Of a stretch of 64,000 nucleotides of DNA, positions 12,387 to 24,600 are shown piece after piece. The position numbers and the translations under genes are program-made. The stretch is from a virus. Numbering within the stretch: position 1 is the stretch's first letter; each line of letters opens with the position of its first letter. The stretch is taken from the IMG/VR virus record IMGVR_UViG_3300045988_087221; one strand, 5' to 3'. Under the pieces are notes generated by a model. That model saw only the letters and a program-made list of their open reading frames with translations. It did no database searches and was not told the DNA's origin.

Positions 12387-15300
12387 ATGGCAGAATAGAC
12401 TAAAAAATCGAAATATAATTTTGGAGGTCATGAATTAGATGCTAAATTATATCTCTAGAATATAAGAGATAACGCAGAAACATTTCTTAATTCTAAAACA
12501 GATTGGACTCCAGAACAAAAAGAAGAATGGAAGCATGCGTACACTAATTTTACTAATGCTTTATAGGAAGATATTAATAATGGAGGCGGAAGATTCAGTA
12601 CTGATGAATTTGGGACTATAACAGACACTAAGGGAGAATTTTCTAATACAGATTCTGATAATTACTATTATAATAATAAGGGTTAGCAAATTAGTTAGGA
12701 AGATTATGATGCTTTAAAAAAGAGAAAGCAAGGTAAGTATTAGTCTTTTGAAGCTAATAGACAATTTGCCTCTTATGCTAGTTAGATAGGTAAAGGGCTG
12801 AGAGAAGCTTTAGCTGCTAAAAATAAAACTTCTGATGATACAAATGGATTTGACTATGCTAAGAACGGATTTGATGCTTATTGGTAGAAGAAATACAATC
12901 CAGCAGGAACAGCTAATGACCTTCAACCTTATTGGAATAAAGACAAAGAAGGAGAATACACTAATAGAGTAGCTGAAACTATGGCAGACTTAGATGATTA
13001 TATGTCTAAGTAGGAAATGAATGATGATGTTAAAGCTGCTTATACTAATTATAGAAATATTCTAGGACAATATAATCCAAGTGATAAGAATTTTAATTTA
13101 GATACTTGGAAGAACAATATGATACTTGCTGCAAGTAGAGCAGGTATTAGTGGATGGAATAATGGATACTTTAATATCGGCTCTCAAAGTACTACACCTA
13201 CAGAGGATAAAAAGTCTGAGGCTTTTGATATAAATAATGATTAGGCGGTTATTGATAAATATAAATTAGCAGACTAGATTGCTGCACATCCTGAGTAGAG
13301 AGAGCATCTTCTTGATTTAGCTAGAAGACAATATAATCAGGAATCTTAGAATATAACTGATGAGTACAATGCAGCTATTAAATAGGAATAGGAAATTGCT
13401 AATAATAAGATATGGCAGTAGTATTTAGCTAATGAAGGTAAAAGTTATGCTAATGTAAGTAAAAGAAACTTTGGTACTGAAGTCTTTGGTAATGGTTGGC
13501 AAAACGGAAATACTGATTTTGAGTATACTAGTAGAACTAGTCAAGAGGCAATGAGACGTTTATAGAATGCTTTTAAAACTGGAAATAGAAAAGGAGATTT
13601 TCTTAGAACAGCTATTAATATGACAGTTAATGGAGGTAAATAGAAGATTTCTAATCTAGGTGAAGCACTTGCTTATTATAAACCATTACTCGATAAAACA
13701 CAAGGTGGTTGGGATTAGTTTGAAAAAGTATAGGATGCTGCAGGTAATGAAATATATAAATTAAAAGGTTCTGAAAATGCAAAAGGGCAACCCCTTTATA
13801 TATGGTTCAAAAATGGAAAAGCACATGCTTATAGAGACGATCCATATTCTGTAAGAAAGGCTTAGATTATCTCAAGAGCTTAGTTAGGTATGAAATTACA
13901 AACTAGAGCTGAAAAAGAGGCTGCAAAAGAAAAAGAAAATAAAAAAACTCTTAGTAATCCAAATACGCCAGAAGATAAAAAGAGACAAATAGCAAGTTAG
14001 AGAAGACCCGGAGATACTGAGTTTACTGCCACTGATATAGCTAGAATATCTGCAGCTGGAATGGATGTAGCTTCTGCTTTATCAGCGTTTGTCCCAGTGT
14101 ACGGTACTGCTATAAGTGCAGGCACAGGTTTAATTTCTTCTTTAACTAATTTTGGTGCAGATATGTCTGATAAGTCTGTATCAGCAGGAGATATGTGGAA
14201 AAATCTTGGGACTAATATTGCTATGGATGCCGTAGGATTGGTTCCAGGTTTTGGAGCCTCTGGAAAAGCAGGTAAAATAACTAAAACTTTAATTAAATAT
14301 GTACCTAAGATAGTAACTGCCCTATCTGTGGCTAATGCTTTATCTCCTGAATCTAGAGCATCTTGGGCTAAATTAGCTAGTAAAGAATCTCTCACAGTTA
14401 AAGATTGGCAAAATATTGCAGCGGGTTGTTCAGCTTTAGCAGGAGTTTCTAGAGGTGCAGTTGGACATTTTAATGCCCACACGATGGCTAAAGGTACTAA
14501 AACTAAGGATTTTAATATAACTGCTTCTGATGGCAAATAGTATAAGGTAACTGCAGAATAGTTAGAAACTTTAAAGAAACAAAAGTCATTAGAAGATGTA
14601 AATAAAGAATTTAAGAAGTTACATCCTGATGCTGAATTAAGTAGTTTCTTTAGAAATGGTAAATGGTAGTAGTTAAGACATTTACACTTTAATAATCCTC
14701 AAGTTAAATCAGTTTATGATTTTAGTCGATTAAATAACTAGGGAACATTTAGTAACTCTAATATATGGAGAGTAGCTAGAGAAAATAACTTACATGGTAT
14801 TAGTTTAGATGTAAAAAATCCATATAGAAATTCATTACTTAAACAACCTACAGAATCTTCAACTAAACAGAAAATCTAGAGATTAGTCAATTCTCCTCTT
14901 AGAATAGGATTTGATAATGCACCTATTGGTTAGTCATATATACCCCCAACTCCAAAATATGGACCTAAAACACAAGGTTAGACTTGGAGAGATTTATTTT
15001 AGAAACATGGATTCTATTTTAAAGAAGGTGGTTCGATTTAGAAATTAGCTAATGGTAATAATATAAATGGTAATCCTGCTAAATAGAATAGTGTAGGATA
15101 TGCTAATGATTATAATTGGAATACTGATGTGTTTTCCAAAAATTTAGACCATATACTTGGTAGTCTTAAATAGTATAAAGATGGTTATGCTAATTGGTTA
15201 AATACTATGTAGGACTTACATTATAATGATTATACTAATGCTTCTAAATAGGATTATTTAAATACTAATGCATATAATAATGCAACTGTTGGTTAGTATT

Positions 15301-16757
15301 AGGATAAGTATAAAGCGGGATATGAAGACGAATGGAATGTAAGTCCTGAAGGAAATGATCCTGATGGTTTAGGATACAATACTCTTGGAATTAAATCAGC
15401 CCAAGATTCTGGAAAATTTGGTATAGTGTCTGGAAAGGCTAATTCAGGTGATTGGTTAGGTAATGGTAATATGTATAAAACTGATAATTCATTTGGAGGA
15501 ATTACTGATGCTAGAAGACTTTTGGGTCGTGAGGGTGATTTTAATGATGAATAGCTAAAACAATACTAGCAAAAATTCAAAGAATAGGGATATGATTTTT
15601 ATTTAGACCCAAATACTAAATATTATAAATTAAAACCTTACACTGACCCTTCAAAGACGACTGTAGCAGACTAGGATAAACCTAAATAGCCTAATAACTT
15701 TAGTTTAAAAGATGTTATAAATAAGATTGATGTTACTGATAAATGGGGTATTCCTAGAGCTATGTATGCTGACATAACTAATAGAAAAGTTACAGATATG
15801 TTAAAGAAGTAGCCTATATTATATGACCCACAAGAAGACCATCGTTATATTTAGTCTGATTTAGATGCAGAAATGAATGGTCAATAGGCTGCAGCTTAGT
15901 TAACTAGAACAGCCAGTCATCCTATTACATCTGATGGAAATTTACAATCTATGCTTTAGTTAGAGGCAACTTCTAAAGGTAATGACGCTATTACTGCAGG
16001 ACGTCAATAGAGTAATTAGAGGTTAAGAGAAATGTAGGAATAGGCTTGGTAGCAGGAAGTGACTAATCACACAAGTAGACATGATGTTGCTATGAAGAAT
16101 AGAGAATCTCTCTATAATACTGCTAACGAAAATAAAGCCTTAGAAGCAGCATACCTCAATTAGAAATTTACTGTATGGGATGCTTTGGCTTAGGAGAAGG
16201 AATTTAAGGATAAATCTGATTACGAGCAAATGAGAGCAAGAGCAGATTAGTTTGCACAAGGAGATATAAATAATGCTATTAAATATGGTCTTTCTAATTA
16301 TGCAGATAAATATGGTTTAACTCCTGAAGATGTTTCTTTATGGAATAAGGTATATACTGATGGTACAGTTAAATTGAGCGATATTTAGAAAGATCCAGTT
16401 AAATTAAGATAGTGGAATAAGGTATTATCAGCTACTAGACAAATTTAGCAAGATTTATTAGGAGAATATTATGGTATCCCTAAATCTAAGTATTGGACTA
16501 TCAGACAATCTACCCCTTCATATAGTTACAGTACTGAAGTTAAGAAAGCTAAAAAAGGTGCTAAGCTAAATTTACGTAAAGTAAGAGAAGCAGCAAAAGG
16601 AGAAAAACTTGCAGCAGCATAGCTAAAAGCTTAGACTGCAGATGCTGATAGATTCTATAAAACTACTAAAGACCATATAGATAGAATGTATGATGCTATA
16701 AATAGACTAACTAATTATAGTAGTACTAAGAGAAAACGTAAAAAGAAATCTAATTAA
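12387..16757 (+). CDS. Large internal-virion/ejection protein candidate (1456 aa) with a central Gly/Ala-rich hydrophobic region; TAG-recoded
   Basis: ATG at 12387 with TAG already at codon 4. Frame 0 is open to TAA at 16755..16757. Track ORFs 13017 and 14061 are in this frame. The C-terminus is basic (KRKRKKKSN). Confidence 0.65.
14055..14480 (+). other. Gly/Ala-rich hydrophobic segments inside the 1456-aa protein
   Basis: Translates as AGMDVASALSAFVPVYGTAISAGTGLISSLTNFGA...AMDAVGLVPGFGASGKAG...AAGCSALAGVSRGAVG. It generates the antisense shadow ORF 13997..14536. Confidence 0.55.
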
Positions 16758-16759
16758 AT

Positions 16760-18622
16760 ATGATATTTAAGTTTCAATAGGGAGGAGCCACTCCTCCCTT
16801 TGTTGCTTATTAGCCAGTTATAGTGTCTGATAAGCGAACAACTGCCACTTAGGAAGAGGCATTGGCAGCAAAGGCTACTAAAGAATCTGAAAGTGGTAAG
16901 TTATCAAGCAAAGATTTGTATACAATGCTTAAAGAGAAATTGAAGGGACTTCCTAACGATGTAAATATAGCTATGAATTAGTTACAATAGCTTGAATAGC
17001 TTACATCAATGGATTTTGATGGTTCATTTACTTAGAACATTGAATCTAAGTATTTATCTACTTTACAAACTATGAATCAACTTTCATTTAGTAGAGAATA
17101 GTATGATAAAGCTTTAGATAATGTAAAATCTAATGGAGGACTTAATGAGGCTGCTATAGATTAGTATGGTCAAGTATATATGACTGATGGTAAAGACTAT
17201 AAATTAATGTCTCCTGAAGAAGCTAAATAGTCTGGATGGAAACAAATGACTAATTAGGATTTACTTTATTTAAGAGCTAATGACCCTAATTTATCAGGGA
17301 AAGATGAGATATTAAATGTAGTTAATAACGGTATAGGAATTAGTCAAGTAACCAAAATGATACAGGATAGTATTGGAAATTTAGGTACTAATAGTAATTC
17401 AGAAACTGCTTATGCTACAACTCAATAGGGTTAGCTTATACAAGGACTTAATGATTTTATTAAAGCAGCCCAAGAAACCGGGCAATATGATGCTTCTATA
17501 GAAGATTTATATAAAGCACAAATAATCAATAAAACACAGGCTCAGTAGGCTCAGTAGGCTATTGCTTATATATATAAAACATTACCACAGAATGCTAAAT
17601 CTTTATTAAAGACTAGAACTGAAGGAGGGACTGATAAGGAAGCTTTAAACTTAATTAGTACATTAGTATTATCCAAAACTAGTGAAGATAGATCTTTTAC
17701 TGCAGATTTAGAGGGTGGTCCTACTAAAAAATCTATGTCTAAAGATGCTAATGCTGGAAGTAAGGATGATACGGAGTTGAAAACATCTCTTCCATTACAA
17801 GTTATGTAGGATATGGGAGGAGCTGATATAGCTCCAGTAACTATTGATAAAGGTGATGGAGTACAAATGTCGGTATATGGTTCATTCTTCTCTGCTATCA
17901 ACGATAAAAAAGGTGAACCTATTGTTAATACTTCTCTATAGAATATGTTAGCTCAATCGGGTTTACAGGATATAGTTAAAAATGTTAGAAGTATAACTTT
18001 TGGAGATTAGAAACTTACTCCTGAGTAGTTATCTAAAATCACATATAACAATACTGGAATTGTTAGGGCTGACTTACCAGTAAATGAAGATGGAACTGTA
18101 AAACTAAGTGTTCTTGATGATTTTAATGCAGCTATGAATGAAATTAAAGGACTTGGAAATGCATCTAAGGAACAAGTAGAAGCTATTAAGGCAAAGTACC
18201 ATCTTGATCAGTATCTTAAAGATGATGGTACTCCTGATCCTAAACATACTGCTCCATTTATACTTACTGAAGGTTATACTACAGAGAAAAATGGTATTGA
18301 AGACACTGCATATGTTAAACATATCAAAAATCCTACGGATGATTAGATACAATTAATTAAAGATTCTCTTACTGTGGGTACTGGTAAAGATGCTAAAGTT
18401 CCAGATATAGATACTTTTGATTGGTACAATCCATTTGATTGGTTTGGTACTGAAAATATTTATAAAGCAACTGTATATATTCCAATATCTAATAATGTGG
18501 GTGCTGCTGTTAGAGGAGGTAATTAGAACTTAGATTATAATGAAGCTCTTAAATATGAAATGAAGTATAGGAACTTCTAGAGAATGAATAATGCAAAAAC
18601 TACAAGCGCTGACGTATTATGA
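16760..18622 (+). CDS. Virion-associated protein (620 aa), N-terminus MIFKFQQGGA; TAG-recoded
   Basis: The ATG at 16760 is 2 nt after the upstream TAA. Frame 2 is open to TGA at 18620..18622. Track ORF 18134 is in this frame. The ATGA-type overlap with the next gene is consistent with coupling. Confidence 0.65.
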
Positions 18623-21600
18623 ACGATTGGTTAGTGGCAAATATAAATAATCCCGATTTTACAGTTTCTGACTTTAAAAATATCGCGGATATGAGTATAG
18701 ATAATACACAATTTTTAAAGAAAGATTAGTATTTAAAGTCAGATTTTATTAAGAATAATCCTGCTTTTAAAGGAAACAATGGAGACTTTGATTAGAAAAA
18801 GTTTGATAAATATTATGATTAGAGACTTTAGGATTTCTAGTAGTTTAAAAATGATAAAACTCCAGCAGGATTTGAACTTGATGTTTTTGACACATTAAGA
18901 ACTCCTAATGATAAGGTTAGAAGTAATGGTCTTAAAATAGGTAGAGGTTATAATCCTGATAGATAGAAAATTGGTATTGAAGGAGTAAATGTTTGGAGTA
19001 AACCTGAACGTAGTAGATCGGAATTGGCTCAAACATAGAAAATATTTAATTCTGAGACTGGTAAATTTGAAAATTGGACACCAAATGATAATGCACTATT
19101 TAATGGTAAATCCGATTTTGGTTTAAGTTGGTTAAAATCTTTATTTTCAGACCCATTAGTATTGGCTCAATATGAAGAGGATACTATAGACAAAGATGGC
19201 ACTAAACATAAGAAAGGAGACTATAAATTAAATGAAGAAGGTACATATTATTATGAAACTTTAGGAGGTAGAAATCCCATTGGTAAACAAGTATTATCCT
19301 CTTTAGATACTCTTACTGTGGATGGTACTAAATTAAACAAATATGATTTCTTTGATTCTGATGATATTGAAAAGTCTGTAGGAGGGGTAATTGCTAAGAA
19401 TGTAGCTACTCTTATACCTATGTTTGTAGGGGGTCCAATTGGAACTGTTTATTCTACAGCTCTTATAGCTAGGGAAATGGCTAAGTCATTACCTATGTTA
19501 TATGGAATGACAACTGCTTTATTTAGTGATTCAGAAACTCCTAAATGGATGAATACCATAGCTGCTATGGGTGATAAATTTACTTCTGGAACTTCTGACT
19601 ATGCTAAAGAACATACCTTTAGTGTTGAAAACTTTGGTAATCTTATTTCTGATGTAGCTTTATAGTGGGGTCAGCAAAAAGGTATTGCCTAGGCTATTAA
19701 TAAACTAAAAGGTAGTAAGAATTATATAGAAGAAGCTATGGAAGATGCAGCTAAATTATACAAGGCTAAGGCTTCTTCTATGCCTATGTAGGCATTATCT
19801 TAGACTGGCAATTGGCAAGATAGTGTTTTAGGAGCTGCTTGTATTAAAAAATACTTACCAGCAGCTGAAAAAGCTATGAAAGAATCTACTTAGCTAGGAC
19901 GTGATGCTTCATTAGCTTATATGGCTATTGTATCTAATTCTGATGTATATGGGGATGCCTTACAACATGGTGCTTCTAAATAGGATGCAGCAGCTATAGC
20001 TTTAGGTAGTACTTTAGGTATGTATGCTGTAGACAAATATGCACATCTTGGAGAGTTGTTTTTTGATGATGCTACAGAAGATAGTGTAAAGGCAGCTAGA
20101 AATGCTATTAAAAATGAATTATTAGGAGAAGCAGACGAGAAAGGTGTTAGAAAGGGAGGTTTAAAAGCTATATTTGATCAAATAAGTGCTTCTAATGATA
20201 CTCCAGCTAATAAAGCAGTGTAGAAAATACATGCAGCCTTAAATAAAACTAAATCTTTTCTAGGTAACTATGCAGATGATTTAAAATACCATACTACAGG
20301 ATTTTTTGGAAAGGCTGCAGGTGAAGGTTTAGAAGAAGTAGGTGAAGAATTAGTTACAGATACTGCTAAATCTATATATTAGTTAGCAGGATTTTTAGGA
20401 GCAGATACTTCAACTGCTGATGTGGGAGCTTGGGATAATGCATTGGAAAGATATTCTATGTCATTTTTAGGAGGCGCTCTTGGTGGAGGTGTATTCTATG
20501 CAAAAGAAGCTTTCGATGGTGCTTCCTACAAAAGAGATAAATCTAATGAAGAATTAGCTACTTTAACTAGAAATGGGCATATAGGAGAATTACGTGATGA
20601 AGTAGAAAAGTTACGTAAGAAAGGTAAATTAGGAAGTACTAAATTATCTGCTAGTGATTATGAAACCACTTCTAAAGGAGAAAATGTTTGGTTAACTACT
20701 AATAATGAGAATGATTCTTAGAATTAGAAAATTGCAGACTTAATTAATGATAAAATTACAGCTATAGATACTGTAATAAATAATAATCAAGTTGGTTTAA
20801 CTGATGATTAGTTATTTAATACAATGGTATTAGGAGAACAAAGATATTAGATGTATAAAGATATTGCTCCTATAACTAATTATTATGAAGATTTTAATGA
20901 AGTCCTATCTAATTTAATTAAAGCTGAGTTAGACTACAGAACTGCTTCTCAAACATTAGATGGTTCTACAGAACTTACTGATTCTAATAAAATTACCGAC
21001 TAGAAACTTAGAGCCCTAACTCCTGAATAGCAACAAAATAGAAATAATGCTCTTGCTGTATTATAGTAGAAAGTAGAGAAAGCTAGACAAGCTAAAGATG
21101 AATTTTTATCAGGAGATACTTCTCTTGATTATACTCGTAAACTAAATTTTGCTCTAGACCCTAATTTACACAGTCCGTTTATGGATATAGATGCTGAAGC
21201 ATTGTGGAAAGAGTAGTTTGGGAATAAGTCCATGGATGAAATATCTGATGAAGATAAATTACATTTTTATACAGTAGTTTTACCAGAAAAATAGAAATTT
21301 TAGACTAAGGAAGCAATAACTAAATCTTGGGATAGATTTAAATAGATTGAAAAAGTTATTAATCCTGAGTTACATAATCTAACAGATAATGCTCCTCAGT
21401 TTAAACAATGGCATTAGAAATTTCAGCAAATAGTTAGTTAGTTAGATTCTAAGGATTTAATATCTAGCTATGCTAATTATGATACTAAATTAGATACAGA
21501 ATCAGATGACGAATATAATGCTAGAAATAGTAAATTGATAGACCCTGTAACTGGAGCAGAAGAATCTGATTAGGATTTTATTAATCGTAAGAATAATAGA

Positions 21601-24600
21601 ACACGTCAAATTGAAGCTCTTAACGATTAGAAAGATGCTGAGTGGGTTAATAATATAATGTAGTAGCTAGCTGTAGTAGGTAATTAGTTAGACCCAATAG
21701 CAGCAGGAACATTAAAGAAACTTATTCCTAAGAGAATTAAAGATGTATTAGCTAGAAAAATATAGTTGGCACCATTAAGTAATGAAGTTAAGAGTATTTT
21801 GGGTAATCTTAATACAGATTTAAGTAATACTAAGGAAGTATTAGATACTATTAAGAATAGTGCTTTAGCTAAAACTAAGAGTTTAGTTAAATAGAAAGCA
21901 GCAAGTATTCCTAAAGTTTATACAAATTTTAAAGGAGAAGAGTTAAATCCCGAAGATTTATTTACGATTGATGGGATAGAAGATATGACTATTTAGGAAT
22001 TAATAGACAATCCTTCTTAGTTATATGATATTGACGATGATTAGAAGTAGGATATTATTAATCAACTACAAGCTATTACTGATCCAGAATTATAGGATTA
22101 GATATAGAATATCTTAGCTAATATAAATGATCCTCAAGCTACTATATAGAATCTTAATTAGTTATAGAAATCAGCTCCTTAGTATAAATAGAAAATAAAT
22201 AGTTTATTAGATTTATATGAATTTAAAATATCTAAGGAATAGTCTGATAAAGTAGTTAATAATCTTATTGATTTAGCAAGTATAATTAATCCTGATACTA
22301 GTATATCTTCATTAGTAAATGATGATATGGGAATCTAGGATTAGTTAGATTCAGATGTTGAATCATATGTTTCAACATTAACTCAAGGTGTAAATAATGA
22401 AGTAAATTCTTTAGTTGCAGATGTAGGTAACAATGCTATAGTTAAATTACATAACTCCATATAGAGTACTATTAAGAATCCAGTAATTGAATTAGTTAAA
22501 TCTCTTGCAGGAAAAGTTCTTGATAAAACTCAAATGCCTGATGTTATTGATACTTTAACTAAATTAGACACTAATTTTGATGAAGTTGAAAATATTGGAG
22601 AATTAGTACTTGATGGAGAGCAAATGAAAACTCTTTAGAATACTAGAGATGCTTTGGCTATGGTAGCTACATATTTATATGCAGCTTCTAGTACTCCTAC
22701 AGGTAACAATGTTATAGGACATAACAAAGTAATAAATGAGTATGCTAAAAAACATAGTGACGCTGTTCAAAACTGGGAAGAACTTCCTGAAATTGATGAT
22801 GATTATGCAACTATATATTAGGAGCAACTTAATTAGTTTATAAAGACTCTTGATGCTTGGATTGATTTATCTAATAATAACGATATAAATAAGAGAAGAC
22901 AATTTGAAGAAACTGATAAAGCTTTAACTAGAAGTTTTAATGGTTTATGGCAAGCTAATAAACAACATTTTGTTATCGATGTAAAAGATAAACATTATAA
23001 CTTGTTAGAAGGTAGTTTGGATGATAATGTTCCAGATGTTTCTCTATTTAATTATGAAAAGGCTTTTTATGGTAATTTTTAGAAAGCTCTATAGGAATCA
23101 GGAATGTCTGTCTCTGAGTTTTTAAAAGAATCTAATATTCTTGACAAACTAATTAGTTTTAATTAGTTAGGAGATTAGAGAAATACTCGATTAAACCCTA
23201 AAATGTAGTATGGAGATATGTCAGAATATGACAAACTCCAATATTTAGCAACTATATTATCACTTAATCCAGTTGATTTTTATAACTTTTTAAAAACTTC
23301 AGTAGGATAGAACTCTGATAAAGCACCAATAGCTAGTCAGGAATATGCTTCAAAAGTAGCTATTGCTTAGACTACTTAGACTTATAGAGATATAATGAAA
23401 TATGCTTTTGATAAGTCTGGAAGTAATTTGTATAATGCTAATAATACAGTAATAATTACTGGTGATGCTGGTAGTGGAAAAACTTCTGTAGTAGGTAAAT
23501 CTGTTATTGATTTTCTAGGACCTGAGACCAAAGTACTATGTGTGGGACCAACTTCTACATAGGCTTAGGGATTACTTACCTCATTTGGAAGAGGAAAGTC
23601 AATGGATATTGAATCCTTAATGAGAAAACTTTTAGGAGACACAGTTTGGGCAGATTTAAAATCAGATTTAGATATAGAGTATAAGCCAAGTAAAAACTAG
23701 TTAGAGAAAGATTCTGAATACTTTAGTTATTCTGCAGGTGATTTTGCTTAGACTAAACTTAAAAAAGACTTTACGTTTAATTAGTTAGATGAGATTCCAA
23801 GTATATTAGCTATAGATGAAGCTACTCATATCCCAGCTCCGGTACTCCAAGTTTTAGATACTTATATGTAGAAAAATGGAGGAACTTTAATGTTACTTGG
23901 AGATGAAAAATAGAAAGGGTATTATAATAAAAATAATGCTATAGGCAATATGAGACCTGTAGATTTATTTGCTTCTAGAACTCCTGAATTAAGTGTATCT
24001 TTACGTGATAATAATATTTAGAAACAAGCTAATTTGAACAGCGTAAAGACTATCTTATCTTAGGCTATTACAAATATGTATGAAATGTCAGAATCTGATT
24101 TATCATCATATTGGAAAACTATTAATCCTTTACTTTCTAAATTGAACTTTAGAGTTTATAATTAGAATACTTTAGCAGGTGATTTAATTACCAAGACTTT
24201 ATCAAATGATACCATTAATAAATTAAAAACTTCTACTAATGTGGGATTCATTGGAGATACGTCTAGTGCTGCATACTAGGCTATGAAACAAGCAGGTATG
24301 AATCCTACTGTATTATCCAAGGATTAGATGTAGGGTTAGGAGTTTGAATATGTAGTAATTGATCAACCATTCACTAAACCCGATGCAGATTTCCATATTA
24401 GAGACTTTTTACAAGATTTATATACTTTAATGAGTCGTGGTAAAACTGCTTCTATTTTTATCGATAATGGATTAAGTAATATCATAGGTAATAATACTCA
24501 AGATGATTATACTGCTAAAGCTCCTAGTCTTAAAGATAAGATTAATGGAAAAAGTACTATAGAGTAGCTAAAAGAACGTAAATTATCTATATTAGATTAG

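Noticed and set aside
12008-12431. Two - strand ORFs (12008..12271 and 12180..12431), and the track's + ORF 12128..12319 as a stand-alone gene.
   Set aside because: The antisense ORFs are by-products of the GC-rich mini-gene. The + gene more likely starts at ATG 12038. That ATG is in the same frame, the composition is the same, and only a single TAG lies between it and 12128.
13997-14536. 179-aa - strand ORF overlapping the + strand ORF 14061..14540.
   Set aside because: It is a shadow ORF of the Gly/Ala-rich segment of the 1456-aa + strand protein. The + frame is continuous with its flanks, and the - frame is not.
17540-17560. Tandem 9-bp repeat GCTCAGTAG GCTCAGTAG.
   Set aside because: It has only two copies, lies in frame inside a coding region (encoding AQQAQQ with TAG=Q), and is not an array or regulatory repeat.
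17566-17901. 111-aa - strand ORF inside the 16760..18622 gene.
   Set aside because: It lies on the opposite strand within a continuous recoded + frame, with no coupling to neighbours. It is a likely chance ORF.
10649-18622. TGA or TAA might also be reassigned.
   Set aside because: TGA (10649..10651, 18620..18622) and TAA terminate the recoded genes exactly at coupled start sites. Neither appears in frame inside the genes where I read them. TGA is also a normal stop for many - strand genes.
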